From the NCBI GenBank assembly GCA_035534875.1, contig DATLRB010000073.1, positions 35,961 to 99,960 on the forward strand: a stretch of 64,000 nt of DNA. Direction: 5' to 3'. Numbering within the stretch: position 1 is the stretch's first letter; each line of letters opens with the position of its first letter. This stretch comes from Candidatus Saccharimonadales bacterium (GTDB taxonomy: Bacteria > Chloroflexota > Dormibacteria > Aeolococcales > Aeolococcaceae). This document shows positions 6,740-16,418 of this stretch, piece by piece. The position numbers were made by a program, and so were the translations under genes. The notes below the pieces were generated by a model, which searched no databases, was not told where the DNA came from, and saw only the letters and a list, made by a program, of their open reading frames with translations.

Positions 6740-7767
6740 GACCCGGCCACCGCAACCACCACGCCGTTCAGGGCGCTCGATCTGGCTGCCTCCAGCACCG
6801 TCGCGGTCGCGACGGCGTCATGAGGATCGACGGGCGGTGCATTGTCACCGCGCACGGCCCCGGCGAACGTCGAATAGAACAGATCCCAGCGCCCGCGCTC
6901 GGTGGCGTACGGCGTGGACGCGGTCCCGGTGTGCAGCGTGCCGTAGCTGTCCGGGGACTCGACGCCCCAGTGATCCGCTAGCGACGCCGGCGTTTCGCCG
7001 GCAAGCAGCGCGTTCTCCTGCGTGTCCGCGGGACCGAGCACGTAGGTCGCTTCGGCACCGGTGACCCGGTATCGGGGGCCCGGCGCCGACTGGCTCCAGC
7101 TTCCCCACAGGTGGGACCGGGCGCCGCCCACGTGCGTCAGCGCGATAAACACATCATCGTCGAGACCCGACTCGCGGATGCGCAGTTCCGCGTAGACGCT
7201 CACGGCCGGTCCGAGCAGGACCAGAGCCTGGTCGACGAGATGGCTCCCGAAGTCGAGCAGGGTGCCGCCACCGGACTTCCCGGGCCCCCGTTGGGGCGCG
7301 AAGCGCTCGAACCGCGACTCGAAGCGGGTCATGGTCCCGAGCGTCCCGTCGGCGGCCAGTTTTCGGACGGTGCGGAAATCCGAATCCCAGCGCCGGTTCT
7401 GGTACGGGCTCAGTATCGAACCACGTGCATCGGCCAGGGCGACCGTCTGCCGGGCGGCTTCGGGATCGAGCGCGAACGGCTTGTCGCAGACGACCGCCAG
7501 TCCCAAGGCAATGGCCTGTTCGGTCAGGCTGGAATGCGTGTCGGCGGGGGTGGAGATGGCCACCGCCTCGACCCCCGCGTCGACGAGAGCGCTCAACGAG
7601 GCGAAGGTCGGCGTGCCCGGGATCTCGCGAGCAACCAGCGCCTGACGCTCCGGCGACGACGTCATCACCCCGATCAGGTCGCACTCAGGAGCTGACGTGA
7701 TCAGTGGTGCGTGGAAATACCGGCCGCCAAAACCGTAGCCGACGAGGCCAAACCGTACTGGTGTCAT
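6736..7767 (-). CDS. Gfo/Idh/MocA-family NAD(P)-dependent oxidoreductase
   Basis: N-terminal Rossmann motif RFGLVGYGFGGRYFHAPLI. 343 aa. Confidence 0.75.
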   Translation of the reverse strand: MTPVRFGLVGYGFGGRYFHAPLITSAPECDLIGVMTSSPERQALVAREIPGTPTFASLSALVDAGVEAVAISTPADTHSSLTEQAIALGLAVVCDKPFALDPEAARQTVALADARGSILSPYQNRRWDSDFRTVRKLAADGTLGTMTRFESRFERFAPQRGPGKSGGGTLLDFGSHLVDQALVLLGPAVSVYAELRIRESGLDDDVFIALTHVGGARSHLWGSWSQSAPGPRYRVTGAEATYVLGPADTQENALLAGETPASLADHWGVESPDSYGTLHTGTASTPYATERGRWDLFYSTFAGAVRGDNAPPVDPHDAVATATVLEAARSSALNGVVVAVAGS

Positions 7768-7814
7768 CGCCGTCCCCTCATGTTGCTGTCAGGCGAGATG
7801 CGCTCCGGCGTCGC

Positions 7815-8822
7815 TCACCGCTCACCTGGATACACGACGCCGACCGCGGCTCGAGCGTCGTCAAGGATTTCCAGTATGGCGATCGTATCGGCATGCTGGA
7901 TGAGCGGGCTCTGCATGAGTCCGGCGCGAAGGCAGCGCTCGACCTCCTCGATCTCCGGTCCGTAGCCGTTCCCCTGTCCGGCCAGGGGGTCGTCGGTACG
8001 CTCCTCGCCCGCAGCGTTGTGCAAGATGAGGCCGGTGGGGCGATATGCCTCGGGGAGGAACGAGATCCAGCCCTTGCTGCCAAGGATGGCCGCTTCGTTG
8101 GGTGCGTGGATTGGCGCCGAGGTCCAGAGCTGCGCCCCCGGGTGACCGCCGTACATCCACTGCATCGCCACCGTCTCATCGGATCCGGTTGGAGAGAGCG
8201 TCCCCACGGTGTGGACCTCGTCCGGGGGTCCCATGAAGAGATACGCGAACGTGACCGGGTACACCCCGAGGTCGAGCAGCGCGCCGCCCCCGTTGGCCAG
8301 CTCGTAGAGGCGATGCGTCGGGTCGAACGGGAGGCCGAGCCCGAACTCGTTGCGCACCCCGCGCACCTCGCCGATCGCTCCGTCGGCGATCAGGCGCTGT
8401 GCCTTGCGGATCAGCGGGTTGGTGCGAGTCCACATCGCCTCCATGGCGAAGACGCCGGCCTGTGTCGCGGCAGCAAACACCTCTCGGGCGTCTGCGGCGT
8501 TGAGGCAGACGGGCTTCTCGATGAGCACCGCCTTGCCGGCTTCGATCGCCATGAGGGCGTGCGCACGGTGGTGCGGATGCGTGGTCGAGACGTACACGAC
8601 GTCGACCTCGTCGTCGTCGACGAGCGAGGTGTAGTCCGCATAACTACGGGCTGCCCCGTGGCGCGCGGCGAACCGCGCGGCGCGGTCTGCGTCACGGGCG
8701 GCAACGGCGGTGACGACGTTGCCCCTGGTCAGGTTGATGTCGTTGCTGACGGTGTTGGCGATGCCGCCCGCGCCGAGGATTCCCCAGCGAATTGGACGGC
8801 CGTCGGCGATCGGTATGGGCAT
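7815..8822 (-). CDS. Gfo/Idh/MocA-family NAD(P)-dependent oxidoreductase (sugar dehydrogenase-like)
   Basis: Start chosen at MPIPIADGRPIRWGILGAGGIA (Rossmann motif). The EKP motif is present (VLIEKPVCL). The upstream part of the track ORF is discarded. Confidence 0.75.
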   Translation of the reverse strand: MPIPIADGRPIRWGILGAGGIANTVSNDINLTRGNVVTAVAARDADRAARFAARHGAARSYADYTSLVDDDEVDVVYVSTTHPHHRAHALMAIEAGKAVLIEKPVCLNAADAREVFAAATQAGVFAMEAMWTRTNPLIRKAQRLIADGAIGEVRGVRNEFGLGLPFDPTHRLYELANGGGALLDLGVYPVTFAYLFMGPPDEVHTVGTLSPTGSDETVAMQWMYGGHPGAQLWTSAPIHAPNEAAILGSKGWISFLPEAYRPTGLILHNAAGEERTDDPLAGQGNGYGPEIEEVERCLRAGLMQSPLIQHADTIAILEILDDARAAVGVVYPGER

Positions 8823-8838
8823 GTGCTCGCTTCCTGTG

Positions 8839-10554
8839 TTAGTGGGATTCGCGGGAGACGGTGCTGCCGGTCGATCCCAGCAGGAAGTCGAGATCCGCTC
8901 CGGTGTTGGCCTGCTGGACGGTCTGCACGTAGAGCCGCTCCCAGCCGCGGAGCGGGTTCGCGTAGGCGCTGACGGTTGCGCTGTCGGCGGCGCGTGCCGC
9001 CAGTTCCTCTGCGGAGATGTCGATATCGAGACGCCGGGCATCGACGTCGAGGATCACCATGTCGCCGGTTCGCACCAGCCCGAGCGGACCCCCGGCGGCC
9101 GACTCCGGACAGACGTGGAGCACCACCGTGCCGTACGCGGTCCCGCTCATCCTGCCGTCACAGATGCGAACCATATCGCGCACGCCTTGCTGCAGGAGTC
9201 TGGCCGGCAGCGGCATGTTCGCCACCTCGGGCATCCCCGGATACCCCTTCGGGCCGCAGCCGCGCATGATCAGGACTGAGTCCGCGTCGACGTCCAGGTC
9301 CGCGTCGTCGATGCGCGCATGCATGTCCTCGATCGAGTCGAACACCAGCGCGCGTCCGCGATGTTGCAGCAGGTGTGCGGATGCCGCAGCCGGCTTGATC
9401 ACGGCGCCCCCTGGAGCCAGATTGCCGTACAGGATCGCGATGCCGGCGTGCGGTTGAATCGGCTGGGCTCGCGGGTGGATGACCTCGGTGTCCCAGATCC
9501 GCACCTCGCCCAGGTGATCGACGAGCGGTCTGCCCGTGACCGTGCGAGCGGTCGGGTCGAGGAGGTCCTGGACTTCGCGCAACACGGCCTGGAGCCCGCC
9601 GGCGCGGAAGAAGTCCTCCATCAGGAAGCGACCGGCGGGCTGCAGGTCGACAAGCAGCGGAACCTGTGAACCGGTGACGTCGAAGTCGTCCTGTGTGAGT
9701 TCGACACCGAGCCGGCCGGCGATGGCGAGCAGATGGACGACCGCATTGGTCGAGCCGCCGATCGCCGCCAGGGTGACGATGGCATTGAGGAACGAACCGC
9801 GTGTGAGAAGGCTCGACGGCGTTCTCTGCGCCGCGACCATCTCCACGGCAAGACGGCCGGTATCGTGCGCGCCCTCGAGGAGACGGCTGTCGGCGGCCGG
9901 GGTCCCCGCCAGGCCGGGCAGGACCATCCCGAGCGACTCCGCGAGCAATCCCATGGTCGACGCGGTGCCCATGGTGTTGCAGTGGCCGCGGCTCCGGATC
10001 ATCGACGACTCCGACCTGATGAACTGGGCTTGGGAGAGGGTCCCCGCCCGAACCTCCTCCGACAGGCGCCAGACGTCGGTGCCGCAGCCGAGCGCCTGGC
10101 CGCGGAACGTGCCGGTGAGCATCGGCCCCCCGGGAACCACGACGGCGGGAAGGTCGACGGACGCCGAGGCCATGAGCAGCGCCGGGATGGTCTTGTCGCA
10201 CCCACCGAGGAGGACCACCCCGTCGATCGGGTTGGCACGCAGCATCTCCTCGGTGGCCATGGCGGCCATGTTTCGCCAGAGCATCGCCGTGGGCCGGACC
10301 AGCGTCTCACCGAGCGAGACCACCGGCAAGTTCAGCGGGATGCCGCCCGCCTCGAAGACGCCCTGTTTGACGCTCTCGGCGACCTCATTCAGGTGCGCGT
10401 TGCAGGGGGTGAGGTCCGAGGCGGTGTTGGCGATGGCGATGTGAGGGCGGCCGTCGAACGCGTGCGCGGGCAGGCCACGCCGCATCCACGCCCGATGGAT
10501 GTAGGCGTTGCGATCGGTGCCCGCGTACCACTGCCCGCTGCGCTGCTCCGCCAC
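8839..10554 (-). CDS. IlvD/EDD-family sugar-acid dehydratase (arabinonate/xylonate dehydratase-like)
   Basis: The N-terminal RSGQWYAGTDRNAYIHRAWMRRGLPAHAFDGRPHIAIANTASDLTPCNAHL matches the pentonate dehydratase signature. CxxC and Ser motifs of the IlvD/EDD family lie downstream. Start uncertain: the GTG at 10554 was chosen, but it could extend to the ATG at 10734. Confidence 0.75.
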   Translation of the reverse strand: MAEQRSGQWYAGTDRNAYIHRAWMRRGLPAHAFDGRPHIAIANTASDLTPCNAHLNEVAESVKQGVFEAGGIPLNLPVVSLGETLVRPTAMLWRNMAAMATEEMLRANPIDGVVLLGGCDKTIPALLMASASVDLPAVVVPGGPMLTGTFRGQALGCGTDVWRLSEEVRAGTLSQAQFIRSESSMIRSRGHCNTMGTASTMGLLAESLGMVLPGLAGTPAADSRLLEGAHDTGRLAVEMVAAQRTPSSLLTRGSFLNAIVTLAAIGGSTNAVVHLLAIAGRLGVELTQDDFDVTGSQVPLLVDLQPAGRFLMEDFFRAGGLQAVLREVQDLLDPTARTVTGRPLVDHLGEVRIWDTEVIHPRAQPIQPHAGIAILYGNLAPGGAVIKPAAASAHLLQHRGRALVFDSIEDMHARIDDADLDVDADSVLIMRGCGPKGYPGMPEVANMPLPARLLQQGVRDMVRICDGRMSGTAYGTVVLHVCPESAAGGPLGLVRTGDMVILDVDARRLDIDISAEELAARAADSATVSAYANPLRGWERLYVQTVQQANTGADLDFLLGSTGSTVSRESH

Positions 10555-10653
10555 GTTGACCCCCTTGCCGTTGACCCGAACGGGGCTCGATGACCAGGCC
10601 CTATATTGTCGAGCCCTGATGGCAGTGCGTTGCGGCCGCTTCGCCGTCACCTC

Positions 10654-11580
10654 GTGAAACGGTTTCGCGCACGTCCTGCCAGCGAGCAACGCTACGGTCT
10701 CGGCGAGGGACCGGTCTGGGACGGCCAGCGCCATCGCGTGCTCTGGGTCGACATCAACGCCGGCGCTGTGCACACCGGAACCATCGACGCGGAGCGCGTG
10801 ACACAGGACAGCGTCCTTCGACTCCCCGGAACGGTGGGTGCGGTGGCATGTGCCCGAGACGGAGAGCTCCTCGTGGCGGGAGCCCGCCGGCTGTACCAGG
10901 TCTCACCGGAGGGCGCTGTCGGCCTCGGCCCGGAGCTCATCGCTGATGGCAGGGCGAGCAGGTTGAACGACGGCGCGTGCGATCCGGCCGGGCGGTTTCT
11001 GGTCGGCAGCCTGGCACTCGACGACCGCGCGTACGACGAGGTCCTCCTGCGAATAGATGGGAGGGGTCAGATCGACGTGATCGATGACGACCTGGGCATG
11101 TCGAACGGCCTCGCCTTCTCGCCTGAGGGCGACCGGCTGTACAGCATCGACACCCTTTCCAGAATCGTCTGGAGCCGTGCGTACAACTGGCGCACGGGTG
11201 CCATCGGGAGCCGCCGCGAGTTTCTGCGCCTCGCTGGCAGCCCCGACGGGATGTGTGCCGACGATCTGGGAAACCTGTGGATCGCGATCTGGGGTGCCGG
11301 CCAGGTGTGGTGCTACTCGCCGGCGGGACAGCACCTGGCGGTGGTCGACGTTGCGGCGCCGAACACGACGAGCGTCGCCTTCATCGGGACCAGCCTCGAC
11401 ACGCTCCTCATCACAACCGCCTCAGAGCAACTCTCCGACGCCCAGCGTGCGCGTTACCCGGACTCCGGCCGGTTGTTCACCGCCCGTGTCGAGGTCGGCG
11501 GCGTCCCCGCCCCGCAGTGGGCGGGCGCGCTCGCATGGCCGGACCAGACCGGCGCCGCCATGACCGCCCGAAGTCGATGA
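10654..11580 (+). CDS. SMP-30/gluconolactonase/LRE-family lactonase (third paralog in the window)
   Basis: YGLGEGPVWDG signature, repeated propeller blades, and a C-terminal SGRLFTARV motif. Start uncertain: GTG at 10654 versus TTG at 10606, which sits inside a TATATT hexamer. Confidence 0.7.
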   Translation: MKRFRARPASEQRYGLGEGPVWDGQRHRVLWVDINAGAVHTGTIDAERVTQDSVLRLPGTVGAVACARDGELLVAGARRLYQVSPEGAVGLGPELIADGRASRLNDGACDPAGRFLVGSLALDDRAYDEVLLRIDGRGQIDVIDDDLGMSNGLAFSPEGDRLYSIDTLSRIVWSRAYNWRTGAIGSRREFLRLAGSPDGMCADDLGNLWIAIWGAGQVWCYSPAGQHLAVVDVAAPNTTSVAFIGTSLDTLLITTASEQLSDAQRARYPDSGRLFTARVEVGGVPAPQWAGALAWPDQTGAAMTARSR

Positions 11581-12590
11581 AGGCGTTTGTCGTCACCGCA
11601 CCCCACGAAGGCGCGGTCCGTGAGGTTCGCGACCCTGTCGCGGGCGAGGGGCAGGCCGTCGTCGACGTTCACCGAGCCGGTGTGTGCGGAACCGATGTGG
11701 AGTTCTGGACCGGCGAGATGGCCTATCTGCACCAGGGGCACGCCGGCTACCCGATGCGCCTCGGGCACGAGTGGTGCGGCGTGGTTTCGGCGATCGGCAC
11801 CGGAGTCGACTCGATCTGGCTCGGTCGCCGGGTCACCGGCGACACCATGATCGGCTGCGGCCACTGCGCTCGCTGCGGGTCCGGGCGGCACAACGTCTGC
11901 GAGGATCGCGTCGAGATCGGCATTCGCGGTGGCGCGCCCGGCGCGCTCGCCGAGCGACTGGCAATGCCGGTCGCGGCCCTCCTGGCGCTGCCGGACGGTG
12001 TCGACGACACGGCCGGCGCGATGGTGGAGCCTGGTGGGAACGCGCTCCGGTCGGTGCGTGCCGCCGCACTCGAACCAGGTGATCGCGTCCTCGTGCTCGG
12101 TACCGGGACTCTCGGGCTGCTCGTCGCCGAGTTCGCACGGGCCGATGGGGCGGAGGTGCACCTCATGGGCCGATCCCGGGAGAGCCTCGAGTTCGCGGGC
12201 ACACTCGGATTCGCCGGGGTCTGGCAGCACGCCCGCCTGCCGCACCTGCCCTGGGACGCGGTCATCGACGCCTCAAACGCCGCGGAACTGCCGGCCCTCG
12301 CCCTTGACCTCGTCGAGCCCGGGAAGCGGGTGGTCTACGTGGGACTCGCCGGAAGGCCAAGCCTCATCGACACGCGCACCCTGGTGCTCAAGGACGTGAC
12401 CGGAGTGGGGATCCTCGGCGCATCCCAGAGCCTCGCAGGGACCATCGAGCGATACGCCGCCGGCCATGTCGACCCGCGGCCTCTGGTCGCGGCCACCGTG
12501 GCGCTCGACCGAGTCGGCGACGTGCTGGACGGATGGCGACCTGACACGGCCTCACCGGGGCCAAAGCTCCACATCGACCCAAGGCTGTAG
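11577..12590 (+). CDS. Zn-dependent alcohol dehydrogenase (MDR family)
   Basis: GVCGTD-type catalytic-Zn motif HRAGVCGTDVEF, structural-Zn cysteines GCGHCARCGSGRHNVCE, and Rossmann motif LVLGTGTLGLL. ATGA overlap with the lactonase stop. Confidence 0.8.
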   Translation: MKAFVVTAPHEGAVREVRDPVAGEGQAVVDVHRAGVCGTDVEFWTGEMAYLHQGHAGYPMRLGHEWCGVVSAIGTGVDSIWLGRRVTGDTMIGCGHCARCGSGRHNVCEDRVEIGIRGGAPGALAERLAMPVAALLALPDGVDDTAGAMVEPGGNALRSVRAAALEPGDRVLVLGTGTLGLLVAEFARADGAEVHLMGRSRESLEFAGTLGFAGVWQHARLPHLPWDAVIDASNAAELPALALDLVEPGKRVVYVGLAGRPSLIDTRTLVLKDVTGVGILGASQSLAGTIERYAAGHVDPRPLVAATVALDRVGDVLDGWRPDTASPGPKLHIDPRL

Positions 12591-12625
12591 GACCCGCGAC
12601 ACACACGCAAGAGAGTGCAACGAAC

Positions 12626-13372
12626 ATGAATGATTTCGACGGCCTGATCGCGGTGGTCACGGGCGGGGCAAGCGGCATCGGTGCTGCCGCAGCAACCCAA
12701 TTGCGCGATCGGGGCGCACGAGTGGCGGTCCTGGATCGCTCCTACGCGGCCGTCGGCGGCACAGCGCCGTTGGAGGTTCCGTGCGACGTCGCGGATGACG
12801 GCTCCACACGCGCGGCCATCGACACCGTGGTCAATGCCTTCGGATCCATCGACATTCTGATCAACAACGCCGGCATCGGAGCATCCGGCGACGTGACTGA
12901 GAACGACGACGAGGAGTGGCACCGCGTCCTGAGCGTCAACGTGACCGGCATCGCGCGAGTCACTCGGGCGGCGCTGCCGTTCCTGCTCCGCTCAAGCCAC
13001 GCCGCCATCGTCAACACATGCTCGGTGCTCGCCAACGTCGGAGTCCCCGAGCGCGCCCTGTACTCGGCCAGCAAGGGCGCGGTGCGGTCGTTGACACTCG
13101 CGATGGCGGCGGACCATGTCCGGCAGGGCATTCGGGTCAACGGCGTCACGCCGGGAACCGCTGACACCCCGTGGGTGAGGCGGCTGCTCGATCAAGCGCC
13201 CGACGCGCATGCGGCCGCGGCGGCACTTCGAGCACGCCAACCCATGGGCCGCCTTGTCACCGCCGAGGAGGTCGCTTTCGCGATCGCCTACCTGGCCAGC
13301 CCGCTGTCCGGCTCGACCACGGGGACGATGCTCGCCGTCGACGGCGGCATGGAGGGGATACGCCTGGGGTAG
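12626..13372 (+). CDS. Short-chain dehydrogenase/reductase (SDR)
   Basis: TGGASGIG cofactor motif, NNAG motif and YSASK catalytic motif. Confidence 0.8.
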   Translation: MNDFDGLIAVVTGGASGIGAAAATQLRDRGARVAVLDRSYAAVGGTAPLEVPCDVADDGSTRAAIDTVVNAFGSIDILINNAGIGASGDVTENDDEEWHRVLSVNVTGIARVTRAALPFLLRSSHAAIVNTCSVLANVGVPERALYSASKGAVRSLTLAMAADHVRQGIRVNGVTPGTADTPWVRRLLDQAPDAHAAAAALRARQPMGRLVTAEEVAFAIAYLASPLSGSTTGTMLAVDGGMEGIRLG

Positions 13373-13384
13373 GGGCGCTCCGCG

Positions 13385-14869
13385 TCAGATGCCCGTGCGG
13401 TGAGTCCATTCGCCATCCACCATCGTGGCGGCGACCGGCATCGTGCGGAGCGCACGTGGCTCGGCGGTGAACGGGTCGTCAGCCAGGACGATGAGGTCGG
13501 CGGGATCACCGACACGAAGCGTCGAACCACCACGACCGCGGACCATCGATGCAGCCAGAGCCTCGGCGACGGTGATCTCCTGCTCGGGATGCCAGCGGGG
13601 GCGTTCGTCGCGGGTTCGGCGAACGGCCGCGCCGATCGCCAGCCAGGGATCGAGCGGCGCGACCGGCGCGTCCGACCCGAAGCTGAGGACGGCGCCGGCG
13701 TCCAGAAGCGACCGCAGAGGGAATGCCCGCCGAGTACGTCCGGCCCAGTAGCGATCGGCGACATCTCGGTCATCGAGCGCGTGCTCGGGCTGGACGCTCG
13801 CCACGACACCGAGCGGCGCGAATCGGGCAAGGTCGGGGTCCTCCAGGAGCTGGGCGTGCTCGATGCTGCCGTGCGCACCGGTGCGGGCAAACGCCTGCAG
13901 CGCCACGGCGTTGGCGCGATCGCCGATGGCGTGGACCGCGGATTCCAGACCCGCGTCGGTTGCGCGGCTCATGATCCGAGACAGCTCGTCGAGCGGAACC
14001 AGCAGGACCCCGAACTGGTCATCCGAGCCGGCGGACCCCGAATACGCGTCGTGGCACGACGCGGTCCGCGTGTTCAAGGAGCCGTCGGCGATGACCTTCA
14101 GCGGTCCAACCGAGAGCAGCCCGCCGGTTGCGTCGATGACGTCACCGGTGTGCAGATGCCTGGCGATGGCGTCGTCCAGCCGCTCCGGCCAGACGCTGCT
14201 CACGACGCGAAACGAACGATCGCCGTGAGCCATCCGGCGCCGCCAGGCGTCGAGAGACCACGGCCTCTCCATGTCCACGATGCCAACGACGCCTCGTGCG
14301 GCCGCGGCACGCGACGCAGCACGGCACCAGGCATCCGAGACATCGTCGGCGGCCCTCCCGACCTCGCCGATGACCTGCATCGCCGCCTCTTCGCGCAGCA
14401 ATCCGGTCCGATTGTCGGCGTGACCGAATCGGCTGAGCGCAGCGCTGTTCAGCCACGCGCTGTGCAGGTCGGCACCGATCAGCACCACTGCGATTGCGCC
14501 GGACACGGCGTCGAGTACCTCGCGAGTCGGCGGATCGGGCCAGAGCGCGTCGCGAAATCCGTAGCCGATGACCGGCGCTTCGACGGGCTGTTCGTGACCG
14601 GCGATGTGTTCGGCGACGAGACGCGCAACCGAAGTTGCGGTGTCGGCGTCTGAGAGGTCGAGCCGCGCACGCATCTGCGCCCACTGGTCGAAATGCACAT
14701 GGCGATCCCAGAGTCCCGGCAGCAGCATCCGGCCATCGAGATCGATCATCTCGACGACCTGAGTTCGAGCTTCGATGTCGCCGACTTCGGCCACGCGACC
14801 AGCGGTGATCAGGACGTCCTGGAGCGGACGTTGTGGCGCGATGCGGGCGCGCCGAAACACGACGCTCAT
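13385..14869 (-). CDS. Amidohydrolase-family (amidohydrolase 3 / YtcJ-like) metal-dependent hydrolase
   Basis: 494 aa starting at MSVVFRRARIAP... with HVHFDQ metal-ligand and AIGD motifs. The upstream 270 codons of the track ORF are discarded as non-coding. Confidence 0.7.
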   Translation of the reverse strand: MSVVFRRARIAPQRPLQDVLITAGRVAEVGDIEARTQVVEMIDLDGRMLLPGLWDRHVHFDQWAQMRARLDLSDADTATSVARLVAEHIAGHEQPVEAPVIGYGFRDALWPDPPTREVLDAVSGAIAVVLIGADLHSAWLNSAALSRFGHADNRTGLLREEAAMQVIGEVGRAADDVSDAWCRAASRAAAARGVVGIVDMERPWSLDAWRRRMAHGDRSFRVVSSVWPERLDDAIARHLHTGDVIDATGGLLSVGPLKVIADGSLNTRTASCHDAYSGSAGSDDQFGVLLVPLDELSRIMSRATDAGLESAVHAIGDRANAVALQAFARTGAHGSIEHAQLLEDPDLARFAPLGVVASVQPEHALDDRDVADRYWAGRTRRAFPLRSLLDAGAVLSFGSDAPVAPLDPWLAIGAAVRRTRDERPRWHPEQEITVAEALAASMVRGRGGSTLRVGDPADLIVLADDPFTAEPRALRTMPVAATMVDGEWTHRTGI

Positions 14870-15039
14870 CACGACGGCGGCGCCACCAGGGACGCGGCGA
14901 TTGCTTTCCTGGGCACGGTGCAACGATTGCAGACGGGAGCCGTCGCCGGTGTCTCGCCCATCCCACCGGTTGCCACGTGGGCGGCGAGTGCACTCCTCGT
15001 GAAACCAACCACACCGCAGAGTCGTGCCGTCCGTCGTGC

Positions 15040-16365
15040 TCACCGATTCGCGCGATACTTCCAGAACTGCGGAAGCACCGCGCTGAGCACGGCCGTTCCG
15101 ACCACGCAGAGCATCCCGCCACTCACGACTGAGGCGCGCACTCCGGCGAGCGATCCCACAATCCCAGCCTCGAGGTTGCCCATCGCCGGCCCCGATGTGT
15201 AGCTGATCATCTCGATACCGGCGAGGCGTCCACGCATCGCATCCGGAATCGTCTGGTTCCACAGGGTCATGCGAAACAGCCCGCTGATCATATCGGCCGC
15301 GCCGGCAGCGGCAAGAGCCGGCAGCGCCACCCAGAGCGACGGGGCGAAGCCGAACGCCACGATCGCCAGACCCCACGCTGCCGCAGCAAACGCGATCGCA
15401 CGTCCATGCCGTCGCACCGAGCGCGTCCAGCCGCTGGTGACCGTGGCGATGAGCGAGCCGACCGATGGAGCCGTGTACAGGAGTCCGAGCACCGCGGGTC
15501 CGCCCAGTCCCGACGCGATCTGCGGGAACAGCGCGATCGGCATCCCGAAGAACATCGCGTTGATGTCGACGAGATACGAGCCGAGCAGGTCCTGGCGCCG
15601 TGCCGCATAGCGCACTCCGCCTATCGCTGCGCGAAGACTGACTCCCTCTGCGTCCGGCGCGGGAGGCACGGCACGCATGCATGTCAGGGCCACCGTCGCC
15701 ACGAGAAACGTGGCGACGTCAACCCCATACGCGGCAGGCAGTCGTGCACTCGCGATGAGAATGCCGGCGAGTGGCGGTCCGAGCACCTGGCCCAGATTTC
15801 CCCGGAGCGACTCGAGCGCCGCCGCGGCCGTCAGCATGTCGCGGGACACGATGCGGGGGACAAGGGCGTCGAGCGATGGACGTTCCAGGGCATCAACGCC
15901 CGCCGCCACCACGACAACGACGAACACCACCCAGAGCTGCGGGCTCGGGAGCGCGGAGTTGACCACAAGGACGCCGACGATGCCGCATGCACTGAGTTGC
16001 GTGATGCGCACCATGCGCCGCCGATCGACCGCGTCGGCGAGCGCGCCGCCGACGAAGGACATCAGCAGTATCGGTACCAGCTCGGCAAGGCTGACGAGCC
16101 CGACCACAAGAGAGGATCTTGTGAGTTGGTACACCTGGAACGGGACCGCGACGTACGTGATCATGCTCCCGGCGAACGACACGCCCTGACCGATGAAGAG
16201 CAGCCGGAATTCTCGGGACTCACGAAGTGGTGTGACATCGACCGCGAGGGAGGTCAGCCGTCGCTTCAGCCCCGGGCCGCCCTGCGCAGCCTCCGCGGTC
16301 GCCGGGATCGACTCCGGCTGCGGATCGGGCGTGGCGCGCGTGTGCGGCGGTATCTCCTCGAACAC
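15040..16365 (-). CDS. MFS transporter (EntS/YbdA-like efflux type)
   Basis: 441 aa with about 12 hydrophobic segments, plus ALADxxDRRR and related MFS motifs. Confidence 0.7.
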   Translation of the reverse strand: MFEEIPPHTRATPDPQPESIPATAEAAQGGPGLKRRLTSLAVDVTPLRESREFRLLFIGQGVSFAGSMITYVAVPFQVYQLTRSSLVVGLVSLAELVPILLMSFVGGALADAVDRRRMVRITQLSACGIVGVLVVNSALPSPQLWVVFVVVVVAAGVDALERPSLDALVPRIVSRDMLTAAAALESLRGNLGQVLGPPLAGILIASARLPAAYGVDVATFLVATVALTCMRAVPPAPDAEGVSLRAAIGGVRYAARRQDLLGSYLVDINAMFFGMPIALFPQIASGLGGPAVLGLLYTAPSVGSLIATVTSGWTRSVRRHGRAIAFAAAAWGLAIVAFGFAPSLWVALPALAAAGAADMISGLFRMTLWNQTIPDAMRGRLAGIEMISYTSGPAMGNLEAGIVGSLAGVRASVVSGGMLCVVGTAVLSAVLPQFWKYRANR

Positions 16366-16418
16366 GGGTGCGACTCTGGCCCCTCAAGCGTGCTCCGTGT
16401 CGCGGCGGCGGGACACGT

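Noticed and set aside
11253-11576. N-terminal 108 codons of the track ORF 11253-12590
   Set aside because: They overlap the lactonase gene in another frame. The Zn-ADH N-terminus (MKAFVV...) begins at 11577, with ATGA coupling to the lactonase stop.
14870-15682. Upstream 270 codons of the 765-codon minus ORF containing the amidohydrolase
   Set aside because: The amidohydrolase domain begins at MSVVFRRARIA (14869). The upstream stretch is R/G/C-rich, lacks a domain, and overlaps the 3' end of the MFS transporter gene on the same strand.
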